Shown here piece after piece: positions 47,704 through 56,582 of a stretch of DNA of 64,000 nt; within the stretch, counting starts at the first letter, position 1, and each line of letters begins with the position of its first letter. This DNA is from Trueperaceae bacterium (GTDB lineage: Bacteria; Deinococcota; Deinococci; Deinococcales; Trueperaceae). Location of the stretch: positions 1,472,001 through 1,536,000 of the forward strand of contig OZ243927.1 in the NCBI GenBank assembly GCA_965213925.1. The letters run 5' to 3'. The translations under genes and the position numbers were made by a program. The notes beneath the pieces were generated by a model. The model saw only the letters and a program-made list of their open reading frames with translations, had not been told where the DNA came from and ran no database searches.

Positions 47704-48396
47704 ATGAATTACGCAGAGATAAGGAAACTGTCGCTAAAGGTCTTCATCGGCTTTTTAGTGCTCACGGCGCTCATCGCGATTGTCTCTGTTGTCAGCGGCG
47801 ACTTTGGCGACTTTCAACTTAAAGTGATTGCTACGACCTTTGCGGTGGCGACCTCGAGCATCTGTGCAATGTCATGTGCCGCGTTCATCGAAAAGCGCAA
47901 CCGGAAAAAGCTCGGGCTCATCGGCATTGCCTTCTCGGTGGTTGCTGCGCTCATGGTTATTTTGGGTGCGTGGACAGAAGCGGACAGTGAGGTCTACTGG
48001 AAGCTCACTACGAGCGCCATCATCTTCGCTATCGCTTTTGCCCACGCTTTTTTGCTCGCTCTGCCGAAGTTGGAGCGAAGCCAGACCTGGCTTCAGCGCG
48101 TCTCCTCGGTAGCGATTGGCGTTCTCGCTCTGCAAATTGTCGTGGCGGTGTGGGGCGAGGTTGAAGCTGAAGGCTACTTTAGGCTGCTCGCGGTGGTTGC
48201 CATTGTCGTTGGTTTGGTGACGCTCGTCATTCCCATTTTGGTGCGGTGGCAGCGAAGTGAGGGTGAACAAGAGGGCGGCGCAAAACAGGATTCGTTAGCG
48301 TTAGAACGAGTTGAGGGTGACGTGTATAGAGATGCTACTGGCAGGAGGTACACCGTGAAAGAGGTTGATGGGGAGGCTCGAGCAGACAAACGCTAA
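47704..48396 (+). CDS. multi-pass membrane hypothetical protein
   Basis: About six hydrophobic segments. Confidence 0.7.
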   Translation: MNYAEIRKLSLKVFIGFLVLTALIAIVSVVSGDFGDFQLKVIATTFAVATSSICAMSCAAFIEKRNRKKLGLIGIAFSVVAALMVILGAWTEADSEVYWKLTTSAIIFAIAFAHAFLLALPKLERSQTWLQRVSSVAIGVLALQIVVAVWGEVEAEGYFRLLAVVAIVVGLVTLVIPILVRWQRSEGEQEGGAKQDSLALERVEGDVYRDATGRRYTVKEVDGEARADKR

Positions 48397-48989
48397 ACCA
48401 AACCCCACACCTTCAGTACATGCATTAAAGGTGGCAGTGGTTCTTGCCAGAGCCAAGCGGTATCAAGCTCGAGCCCTTTTAATACCTCACTGTGAAAGAC
48501 ATCTTCATCTAACGGTATAGCCTGATAGACGCCCCGCTCGTCTAGGAAATAAAATTCCACTTGCTCACGTTCAGGGTCGATCAGCCAATACTCCTTAACG
48601 CCTGCTTGTTCGTACTCAAGGAACTTGGTTTGTCGGTCTCTCTTGCGGCTTTCGGGGCTGACGATTTCAACGGCGAGGTCAGCAGGACCGACGAGGCGGT
48701 TCTTTTTAACTCTATCAAGGTTTTCTTTAGCGACAAAAAGAATGTCAGGTTCGCGTCCCGACGTAGCTAACTTCATCTGAAACGCAGCCGAACGTACTTT
48801 GCCTAAACCATGTTCCTCCACGAAGATACGCATAAGCGCGGTTAAGAAGTCAGAGAGGTCTTGATGACGGTCTGAGGGGGGGCTCATCAGGATGACCTTA
48901 CCATCCACCCACTCCGCCGCCGTGTCTTCGTCTGCCCACTCGAGAAACGCCTCGTAGCTCATCTCGAGGGGTTGCGCTTTAACCGTCAT
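48393..48989 (-). CDS. Uma2 family endonuclease
   Basis: EWVDG...PPS.RHQ, EPD, VEIVSP and K..EYEQAGVKEYWLIDP; TATAAT-N5-ATG. Confidence 0.9.
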   Translation of the reverse strand: MTVKAQPLEMSYEAFLEWADEDTAAEWVDGKVILMSPPSDRHQDLSDFLTALMRIFVEEHGLGKVRSAAFQMKLATSGREPDILFVAKENLDRVKKNRLVGPADLAVEIVSPESRKRDRQTKFLEYEQAGVKEYWLIDPEREQVEFYFLDERGVYQAIPLDEDVFHSEVLKGLELDTAWLWQEPLPPLMHVLKVWGLV

Positions 48990-49026
48990 GGCTCATTATA
49001 GCGGTTCACTTGGGGACTGTGTCACA

Positions 49027-49164
49027 CAGGTGTCATCTACTAACGTGAGTGCTTAGCAGTGTTCTCTACCGTGAGCGTGTTCGTGACCAGATGAAGTCCA
49101 GCTAGCCAACCCGCTAGGCTTCGCCTGAGAAAGGCTGAGCGAAGCTATACGAAGCAACCTGCTA
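49027..49164 (+). repeat. repeat family C, long copy
   Basis: CAGGTGTCATCT...ACCAGATGAAGTC...CCCGCTAGGCTTCGCCTGAGAA...ACCTGCTA. Confidence 0.7.
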
Positions 49165-49383
49165 TCACTTCCCAAAGAGGTTCGGCAACTCCTCTAACTC
49201 GACAAGCGCATCCCTCGGCTTACTCCCCATGGGCGGACCTACGACCTCTAATGCTTCTAACGAATCCATCAATTTACCTGCGCGGGCGTGACCGACGCTC
49301 AAACGGCGCTGGAGCCGCGATACACTCGCCCGACCTTCGTTGATGACCAACTCGGCGGCTTCGCGGAATCGGTCATCGTTCAC
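49165..49383 (-). pseudogene. stand-alone FtsK gamma (winged-helix) domain / ftsK 3' fragment
   Basis: [50 protein letters not shown]; no motor domain upstream. Confidence 0.75.
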
Positions 49384-49416
49384 TATGAAGGCTCTGTGCT
49401 CTATGACGCTGACTGA

Positions 49417-49538
49417 TACCGTTTCCGGGTAATTCCCAAAGGAATTACCCCGAGTGTAACGAGTTGAAAAAATACGGATTCCGGTTGTGAACGGAAGAAA
49501 CGCGCTAGAGTTTATGCAGTGTTCAACCGGAATCCGTA
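49417..49538. mobile_element. Deinococcus-type small repeat/MITE (family D)
   Basis: Ends TACCGTTTCCGG / CCGGAATCCGTA with TGA on both flanks; internal perfect 16-bp inverted repeat (49472-49487 / 49524-49539) and hairpin GGGTAATTCC-CAAA-GGAATTACCC. Confidence 0.65.
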
Positions 49539-49552
49539 TGAAAGGCTCGAGT

Positions 49553-50617
49553 TCAGCGCAAGAACTCCTGAATGTCTCTATTATGCGCTTCGAAGGTCAC
49601 GTTAGGGCGGAACTCACCGCCGCGCCCGTGTAAAAAGTAAAAGTAAGGCTGACCCTCGGCGTTGAGGCGCTGAGGCGTAAGTACGACCTGGAGCGCCGCC
49701 CGTCCAGGATTGCCGATCGGACCCGGCGGCAGACCTCTTTGCACGTAGGTGTTCCAGGGATGCTCCGCCTCGAAGTCGCCCGCGCTCCTGTCCAACTCGG
49801 GCAGGCGTTTGCCGAGACCATACGCCACTGTAGGGTCGGATTGGAGCGGCATCCCTTCGTCTAAACGGTTGAGAAAAACGCCCGCAATCACGGGCATTTC
49901 GTCGTGGTTGCCCGCTTCGGCTTGGACGATGCTAGCGAGCGTGACCCAGTCGTGAACGCTCAAGTTAAGAGACGCCAATGCCGACTCGATCTCCGGCGTA
50001 AGTTCACGCTCGAAACGCTGCACCATCGTGCTCAACGCCTCTTCGGAGGTGCTGCGAATCGGAAACTCGTAAGAGGCAGGAAAGAGGTAGCCCTCTAAAC
50101 CGACGCCTTCGGGTACATAGTTTGGGCGCAGCTCACCCGGCGAGAGGATGGTCTGCATCAGCCCTTCTTCCTCACCGAGACCCGCCTCCTCGAGCCGCGA
50201 CGCCACCCGCACACTACGAAAGCCTTCGGGGATGGTGACGCCTGTAACCCTCGGACGCCCGCCCGCCTCTAACGCCTCGGCAACTTCGTGGGCGCTCATC
50301 GCAGGGCTCAGATCATAGAGCCCTTCGCCGACCTGCGTGTCGGTTCCTTCATAACGCAGCCAGAGCGAGAAGAAACGCGCGTTACGGACTAAATCCGCCT
50401 CGGCGAGTTCCCGCGCCACCCGTGACGCGCCCCAACCCGGCAAGATTTCGAACTCGGTTGTCTGCGTTGCCGATTCATCTATAGGCGCAAGCTGCTGACG
50501 TACAAAGAGAATGCTCGCTAAAGCCAGCGCGAGAACGAAAAAAACTGCGACGAGCACGCCGCGCACAAGAGGTCGGGAAGAACGCTGACGCGGTGAAGAG
50601 GTCGGAATGTCACTCAC
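49553..50617 (-). CDS. mltG: endolytic transglycosylase MltG
   Basis: N-terminal [34 protein letters not shown] and GLPPGPI. Confidence 0.93.
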   Translation of the reverse strand: MSDIPTSSPRQRSSRPLVRGVLVAVFFVLALALASILFVRQQLAPIDESATQTTEFEILPGWGASRVARELAEADLVRNARFFSLWLRYEGTDTQVGEGLYDLSPAMSAHEVAEALEAGGRPRVTGVTIPEGFRSVRVASRLEEAGLGEEEGLMQTILSPGELRPNYVPEGVGLEGYLFPASYEFPIRSTSEEALSTMVQRFERELTPEIESALASLNLSVHDWVTLASIVQAEAGNHDEMPVIAGVFLNRLDEGMPLQSDPTVAYGLGKRLPELDRSAGDFEAEHPWNTYVQRGLPPGPIGNPGRAALQVVLTPQRLNAEGQPYFYFLHGRGGEFRPNVTFEAHNRDIQEFLR

Positions 50618-50622
50618 GTGAG

Positions 50623-51060
50623 CTAGCCTACCTCATTTTCGGACGAAAGCCTAGCGAGATAACTCTCTAAGATAAGGATAGCCGACGCCTCGTCCACGCG
50701 CCCTTTGCTCTGGCGTTTGGTTTTAGGGAGCCCGCTCTGCGTGATGCCTTGCGTGGCGATGCGGGTAGTGAAGCGTTCGTCCTCTAAAACGACCTTGAAG
50801 CCGCGCTTTTCCAGTTCCTTCGCAAAACTCCGCACCCTGACAGTCTGTTTAGAATCCGTCCCATCACTCCGTTTAGGTAAACCGATAACGAGATACGACG
50901 CGCCCTCTCGCTGCATAAGGTCTTGGAGTTCGGCTGCGTCGTTCTTCAACTTCTTGCGCGTGATGAAGCCGCGACCGAAGGCGAAGTGTGAACCCACCTC
51001 ACCCCTCGCTAAGCCGATGCGGGCGTCGCCTACGTCCAGAGCGAGAACGACCTCAGGCAC
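50623..51060 (-). CDS. ruvX: YqgF/RuvX family nuclease
   Basis: LALDVGDARIGLA, IGLP, DERFTT and VDEASAILILE. Confidence 0.92.
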   Translation of the reverse strand: MPEVVLALDVGDARIGLARGEVGSHFAFGRGFITRKKLKNDAAELQDLMQREGASYLVIGLPKRSDGTDSKQTVRVRSFAKELEKRGFKVVLEDERFTTRIATQGITQSGLPKTKRQSKGRVDEASAILILESYLARLSSENEVG

Positions 51061-51811
51061 GAGCGACCTCTTCGTACGCGCTTAGCGCCTTCTCTCTATC
51101 TTCCGGTTTGGGTTCGGGAAAGCGGCGCGGGATAGAGGAGAGCAGCGCTCTAAAGTCGGCGGGAGTTTGGGACGCGAGTCCCCTCGAGCTTAAAAAGGTC
51201 TGCACCTGCTCTAACTTCATCATAGACGTTAACCTCGCCTCATTCTGAAGCTGCGCGGCTGGCGGCAACCAGTGTTCAGGAAGGGTATCCAAACCGCGCA
51301 GAGAACGCACTTGGTCGGTCAGGAGCTTGCGGTAGGTCTCGTTTTTCAGCGTTAAAAGGTCGCGCAGGAGTCTTTCATGACGTTCTGAGCGCTCCTTAAC
51401 AACCTCTTCCGTCGCGATAGAATTTCCCGTCAAGCTGAAGAGGTCGGCGAGGTATTGAATGCGCGGCAGGTGAAAGCCGAAAGCGAGGAAACCTAAGTTG
51501 GTAGAGAGGCTAGAGCGGTCTAAGATATTCGCGACGTAGACGAAATTGGTGACGGTGTCGGTGGCTTGCTGCTCGAGGATAACAACCTCTTTTGGGACAT
51601 CGAAGTTGCGTATCAGATACCGTTTTATGTACTCGGCTTCGGAAGGGAGGTCTGCGCCACCTGTGCGCCCACCCGTGATGACGATGCGCTCGGCTTCGCC
51701 GTGCTGATAAAGCATCCCCGCCGCTAGCGCGTTGAGGCGTGCATGAACGTTGAGGTTGAACGTCTCGTCTGCCTGGACGGGTCCATAACCAAAAACAATA
51801 AGCGTCATCAT
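51053..51811 (-). CDS. YdcF (DUF218) family protein
   Basis: ITGG, SEAE, ILEQQATDTVTN and FHLPR motifs. Confidence 0.85.
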   Translation of the reverse strand: MMTLIVFGYGPVQADETFNLNVHARLNALAAGMLYQHGEAERIVITGGRTGGADLPSEAEYIKRYLIRNFDVPKEVVILEQQATDTVTNFVYVANILDRSSLSTNLGFLAFGFHLPRIQYLADLFSLTGNSIATEEVVKERSERHERLLRDLLTLKNETYRKLLTDQVRSLRGLDTLPEHWLPPAAQLQNEARLTSMMKLEQVQTFLSSRGLASQTPADFRALLSSIPRRFPEPKPEDREKALSAYEEVARA

Positions 51812-51818
51812 TGCGACT

Positions 51819-52598
51819 TTACAACCAAGTCTCTAAAACTACCGCTACCCCGTCCTCGTCGTTCGTAGCCGTCACCCTGTCCGCCACCTCTTTCGCCTCG
51901 TCGCTCGCGTTGCCCATCGCTACGCCGAGACCTGCCCACGCAAGCATCTCGGTATCGTTGTTCTGGTCGCCAAAGACCGCCACATCCGCCGCGTCCAGAC
52001 CTCTCGCCGCCGCCACCTGCTTCAAGGCTTCGCGTTTGTTGACGTTCTTTGCGATGACCTCCAAAAGCTCGGGCGAACTCCAGGTGGTGTGCACATCGAA
52101 ATCTTTTAGGGAGCGGCTGAACGCTTTAGCGTCCATCTCAGGGTGGCGGAAGAGGAGCTTGGTGACGTTTTCGCGGACGAAGTCTTCCGCTTCGCCTACG
52201 CCCGTTGGCGCGGGGTCGGGTTGGCGTAAATCATAGAGGGTTTGGTCGTGAAACCAGCCGTAAGAGGTCTCGAGCCCCACCATCACCCCCTCGTGCCGCT
52301 CGCGCATGGTGCGTATGACCTCTAGCGCAGTTTTCTGAGTCAACTCATTATGAAAGAGCATCTCATCCTGCACGAAATCGTAGACAATCGCCCCGTGATG
52401 CATGATGACGAGGTCGCTGAGCCCTAGCGCGTCCGCCACGTGTTTTGTAAAGCGCGGCGGGCGTCCGGTGCAGAGAACGACCTTGACGTCCTTCGCGCAG
52501 AGCCCGCGAATCGCCCTCTCTGAACGTTGTGTGACCTCTTTAGAAGAGGTCAGCAGCGTGCCGTCTAGGTCAATCGCGACGAGGCGGGGCTGGAACAT
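51819..52598 (-). CDS. Cof-type HAD-IIB hydrolase
   Basis: DLDGTL, CTGR, FGDQNND and AMGNA motifs. Confidence 0.92.
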   Translation of the reverse strand: MFQPRLVAIDLDGTLLTSSKEVTQRSERAIRGLCAKDVKVVLCTGRPPRFTKHVADALGLSDLVIMHHGAIVYDFVQDEMLFHNELTQKTALEVIRTMRERHEGVMVGLETSYGWFHDQTLYDLRQPDPAPTGVGEAEDFVRENVTKLLFRHPEMDAKAFSRSLKDFDVHTTWSSPELLEVIAKNVNKREALKQVAAARGLDAADVAVFGDQNNDTEMLAWAGLGVAMGNASDEAKEVADRVTATNDEDGVAVVLETWL

Positions 52599-52608
52599 GT
52601 TTTTACCG

Positions 52609-55410
52609 CTAATGGTTCATGCCTTCCAGAATCTCTGGCACTGCTGCGAGCGCCCCTTGCACCTGCGACGCATCTTTAATGCCCGCTTGCGCCAAGTCGG
52701 GGCGTCCGCCGCCGCCGCCGCCCGCCCTTTTCGCGACCTCACGAATGAGGTTGCCCGCGTGTGCGCCGCGTCTCTGGGCGTCCTTACCGACCTTCGCCAC
52801 CAAGAGGTTGCCGCTAGCTAAAACGACGACATCGGCATCCGAGGAGGTCAAGAGGTTGTCGGCGGCGTTGCGCAAGGCAGTCGCGTCGAGTTCCTGAAGC
52901 TGCAAAGTGCTGTAGCGGAAGCCCGCCGCCTCTTGCACGTTGCTCTTGGCACCACCGGATGTTTGCGCCGCCGCGAGTTTATCTCGCAAGGACGCGCTCT
53001 CGCGCTGCGCCGCTTTGAGGTCGTTTTGAAGTTTACCGATGCGCTGGGCGAGGTCATCCGATTTGACGCCTAAACTCTGCGCGACGGCGTTAGTTCCTTC
53101 GCGCAAGCTCTGGACGTAGGTTAGAGCTGCCATGCCTGTTAGCGCCTCGAGCCGCCTTACCCCCGCCGACACCGCCTCTTCCGAAGTGATCACCAAACTG
53201 CCGATTTCACCCGTGCGCTTCACATGCGTGCCGCCGCAGAGTTCGACCGAAATCGCGCCTTCACCGTTTGGACTTTCCGCCGTGTTGACCTCTTGTGACG
53301 CTCCGGCAACCTCTCCGCCACTCGCCAAGAGATCAGTTCCGTCATGCGAAATCTGGTCTGCCGTGCCAACTGCTTGCCCCATGCTGACCATCCTGACCTC
53401 TTCGCCGTACTTCTCCCCGAAGAGCATCATCGCGCCCTTCTCCCTCGCCTCTGAGATAGGAACGACGCGCCAATTGACCTCGAAGTCCGCCTGAATCCAG
53501 CGGTTCACGAAGGTCTCGATTCTAGTGACCTCTCCCTTGCTGATGGGTTGCGAATGCGAAAAGTCGAAGCGGAGGCGGTCTGGAGCAACCAGCGAGCCCG
53601 CCTGCGCGACGTGCGTGCCTAAAACGCTGCGCAGAGCCGCGTGTAAGAGGTGCGTCGCGGAGTGGTGCTTTTCGGTTTCGCGGCGGCTGGGGTCGATGGC
53701 GGCGTGAACCTCTTGACCTCTTGCCAGCGTGCCGCGCAAGACCTTCGCTTGATGGAGGAAGAGCCCCTCTTTGCTCTTGGTGGTCGTGCTGATGATGGCT
53801 TTGCCCGGATTGTCACCGGACCACTCGAGCACCCCTGCGTCCCCAATCTGCCCGCCGCCCTCGGCGTAAAAAGGCGTTTGGTTGAGGACGATCTGCGCGT
53901 CTCCACCCTCCCTAACTTCGTTGGCTTCTTCATCGCCAGAGATGAGGGCGACAATTGCAGCGTCACTCTGCGTCTCTTCGTACCCTAAAAATTTCGTCTC
54001 GCCGTGCTCGCTTGCGATTTTACCGAGCGTATCTTTACTTGCTGTAAAAAGCGTGCCCGTCTGTGCGCCGCTTTTGGAGACTTGCCGCGCTCTTTCCCTT
54101 GCGCTCTGATAGCCCGCTCTATCCACCGACACGCCGCGCTCCGCCGCCATCTCTTCGGTTAAATCGAGGGGAAAGCCGTAGGTTTCCCAAAGGTCAAACG
54201 CCACATCACCCGGTAGCATCCCTGTATCTGACTCATCCAAGAGATTGCCGACACGTTGGATGCCGGACTCGAGCGTCTTCAAAAACTGCGCCTCTTCCGT
54301 CCTGATGATTCCTTGTACGCGCTCTTTGGCGTCTTTGAGTTCGGGGTACGCCCCGCCCATCGCCTCCACGACTTGTTCGACTAAGCTATGCAAAACGGGC
54401 TCGCGCAAGCCCAAAAGCCAAGCGTGACGTGACGCGCGGCGCAAGAGCATCTTGATGACGTAGCCCTTCCCGTCATTGGTCGGCAAAATCCCCTCGCTGA
54501 TCGCAAAGGTAATCGCTCTGGTATGGTCGGCAATCACGCGGTGCGAGGTGCTCTCGACGCCCCTATAAGGTTGTCCCGAAAGCTGCGCGACCTTATGAAT
54601 GGTCGGTTGAAAGAGGTCTGTCGCATACGCATCTTCCGCGCCCGACATCACCGCTGCAAGCCGCTCGAAGCCTAACCCGGTATCGATGTTTTGCTGCGGT
54701 AGCGGGACTAACTCGCCGCCGTCGCGCCTATCGAACTGCGTAAACACGAGGTTCCAAATCTCGATGAAGCGGTCGCCGGAGCCCGTATTTGGACCCGTCT
54801 CGTCGGGCGTGCCGTACTGGGGACCGCGGTCATAAAAAATCTCCGAACAAGGACCACACGGACCATTCGGACCCGCTGACACAGCGCTCGCGGGCCAGAA
54901 GTTCTCGTCCTCGTCCCAGCGCGACATGCGCTTCTCAGGCACGCCGACCTCTTGCGTCCACACGTCAAAGGCTTCGTCGTCGTCTAAGTAAACCGTGACG
55001 TATAGGCGCTTAGGGTCTAAGCCCATCCACTCGGGTGAGGTCAAAAACTCCCACGCCCACTGTGCCGCCTCTTTCTTAAAGTAGTCACCGAACGAGAAGT
55101 TCCCCATCATCTCGAAGAACGAGTGGTGGCGCAAGGTGCGCCCGACGTTCTCCACGTCGCCGACGCGCAAGCACTTCTGCGCCGTGGTGACGCGGTGGTG
55201 GACGCCCTCGTAACCCGCGAACTTAGGCGTCGCGCCTAAGAAATACGGCTTGAACTGCACCATGCCTGCTGAGGTGAAAAGGAGTGTGGGGTCTCTAGGG
55301 TCTAAAGACGCGGACGGGTAGATGAGGTGATTTTTGGATTTGAAGAACTCGAGAAACCTACCCCTTAGTTCGTCAACATTGATGGTTTTAGGTTCTTTAG
55401 GGCTTTGCAT
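52609..55410 (-). CDS. alaS: alanine--tRNA ligase
   Basis: DPTLLFT.AGMVQFK, HHSFFEM.GNFSFGDYFK, HHSATHLLH, ELCGGTH and GGGGGRPDLAQAG. Confidence 0.97.
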   Translation of the reverse strand: MQSPKEPKTINVDELRGRFLEFFKSKNHLIYPSASLDPRDPTLLFTSAGMVQFKPYFLGATPKFAGYEGVHHRVTTAQKCLRVGDVENVGRTLRHHSFFEMMGNFSFGDYFKKEAAQWAWEFLTSPEWMGLDPKRLYVTVYLDDDEAFDVWTQEVGVPEKRMSRWDEDENFWPASAVSAGPNGPCGPCSEIFYDRGPQYGTPDETGPNTGSGDRFIEIWNLVFTQFDRRDGGELVPLPQQNIDTGLGFERLAAVMSGAEDAYATDLFQPTIHKVAQLSGQPYRGVESTSHRVIADHTRAITFAISEGILPTNDGKGYVIKMLLRRASRHAWLLGLREPVLHSLVEQVVEAMGGAYPELKDAKERVQGIIRTEEAQFLKTLESGIQRVGNLLDESDTGMLPGDVAFDLWETYGFPLDLTEEMAAERGVSVDRAGYQSARERARQVSKSGAQTGTLFTASKDTLGKIASEHGETKFLGYEETQSDAAIVALISGDEEANEVREGGDAQIVLNQTPFYAEGGGQIGDAGVLEWSGDNPGKAIISTTTKSKEGLFLHQAKVLRGTLARGQEVHAAIDPSRRETEKHHSATHLLHAALRSVLGTHVAQAGSLVAPDRLRFDFSHSQPISKGEVTRIETFVNRWIQADFEVNWRVVPISEAREKGAMMLFGEKYGEEVRMVSMGQAVGTADQISHDGTDLLASGGEVAGASQEVNTAESPNGEGAISVELCGGTHVKRTGEIGSLVITSEEAVSAGVRRLEALTGMAALTYVQSLREGTNAVAQSLGVKSDDLAQRIGKLQNDLKAAQRESASLRDKLAAAQTSGGAKSNVQEAAGFRYSTLQLQELDATALRNAADNLLTSSDADVVVLASGNLLVAKVGKDAQRRGAHAGNLIREVAKRAGGGGGGRPDLAQAGIKDASQVQGALAAVPEILEGMNH

Positions 55411-55522
55411 GATGCCTCCTGCTCACTAAAGGTGATTATACAGAAAGCGTGAGAGGTTTTTGTGCTCACAGAAGTGAATCTCACAACCTCTTCGTGAATT
55501 TCGCGTCGCTACACTCGGGGGT

Positions 55523-55930
55523 ATGCTGCGCTATTTTCCTGTTACTGCGCCCCTCATGGTGGTATTCGGTCTGCTCCCCTGGATGACTGACCTCTTTTGG
55601 CTGCGATACTCGTTATTTTTCGCCTATCTTTTTCTGCAATACAAGCTCGTTGAAATCTCGCGTGAAGAGGCGAAGTCAGACGCCGATACGCACGTGTATC
55701 CTCCGAACTGGCGTCTGGTTGAGGGGGTACTCATCTTTATTTTCGTTATGGCTTGCTTCGTAGGGATATTCGCGCTTTTCGCTTCAATTTTGCTTTCTGC
55801 TTTCGTACCTCAAGCTGACATAGGACAAACTGAGGCGATAGCTAAGGGAATACTTCTTACCTCGAGCGGTGTTCTCCTTGTCTACGAGCTTTCTCTACCT
55901 GCGACCAAGCTAGACGACGCCTCGAGATAG
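55523..55930 (+). CDS. hypothetical membrane protein
   Basis: Four hydrophobic segments; TACACT-N7-ATG. Confidence 0.6.
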   Translation: MLRYFPVTAPLMVVFGLLPWMTDLFWLRYSLFFAYLFLQYKLVEISREEAKSDADTHVYPPNWRLVEGVLIFIFVMACFVGIFALFASILLSAFVPQADIGQTEAIAKGILLTSSGVLLVYELSLPATKLDDASR

Positions 55931-55990
55931 AACGGTGCTCACTGACTTCAACGTGTAGGACGCTAAGCTAAAATGCCATGTCGGGGAGGA

Positions 55991-56476
55991 CTACACGCTA
56001 GGTAGCTCGACTGTGCTCGGAAAGTCCGGGAAGAGTTTAGAGGCGTCCATTTCGCCGCGGTGGTTGAAGAAGGTGACACGCCCTTCCAAGTTGCATGTCC
56101 AAACCTCTTTCGCACCCTTCGCAAGGTAGAGGTCGCGCTTTTGCGCCATCTCTGCGGCTGAGTTGGAGGGCGAAACAACTTCAACACAGAGTTCCGGGGC
56201 GACGCCGTAGGGTGTTTCCGCGCCGTTCGTAGAGAGAAAATCGGCTGAGACCCAGGCTACGTCAGCAACTTTCACACCTTTGGACGTTTGGACTGAGCAT
56301 TCAGGAAAGACCAAGCCTCTCGTCTTGAACTCGTTGAGAAGCGCGGAGATGATGCCTTGGATGATGCTATGTCTATTAGAAGCAGGACTCATAACGACGT
56401 TACCCCATTCGTTAAGCTCAATCTTAAAGGGTAGGTTTTGCAGCGTTTCGTTTTCGATAACCTCTGACCATTCCAT
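55991..56476 (-). CDS. Uma2 family endonuclease
   Basis: MSPA.NRH, ADVAW, APELCVEVVSPSN and K..LYLAKGAKEVW; TAGAAT-N6-ATG. Confidence 0.88.
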   Translation of the reverse strand: MEWSEVIENETLQNLPFKIELNEWGNVVMSPASNRHSIIQGIISALLNEFKTRGLVFPECSVQTSKGVKVADVAWVSADFLSTNGAETPYGVAPELCVEVVSPSNSAAEMAQKRDLYLAKGAKEVWTCNLEGRVTFFNHRGEMDASKLFPDFPSTVELPSV

Positions 56477-56582
56477 AGGTTTATTCTACTCGGTTTAGGC
56501 TGCTCGAGCCTCTCGGTAACGCCTCTACGCTTGACCCTATCTCTTTAGAGGCTTAGGCTAGACCTGCAACGCAGGTTTTCTC

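Noticed and set aside
53254..53380. Intein in alaS
   Set aside because: Too short, and lacks the C-terminal His-Asn splice motif.
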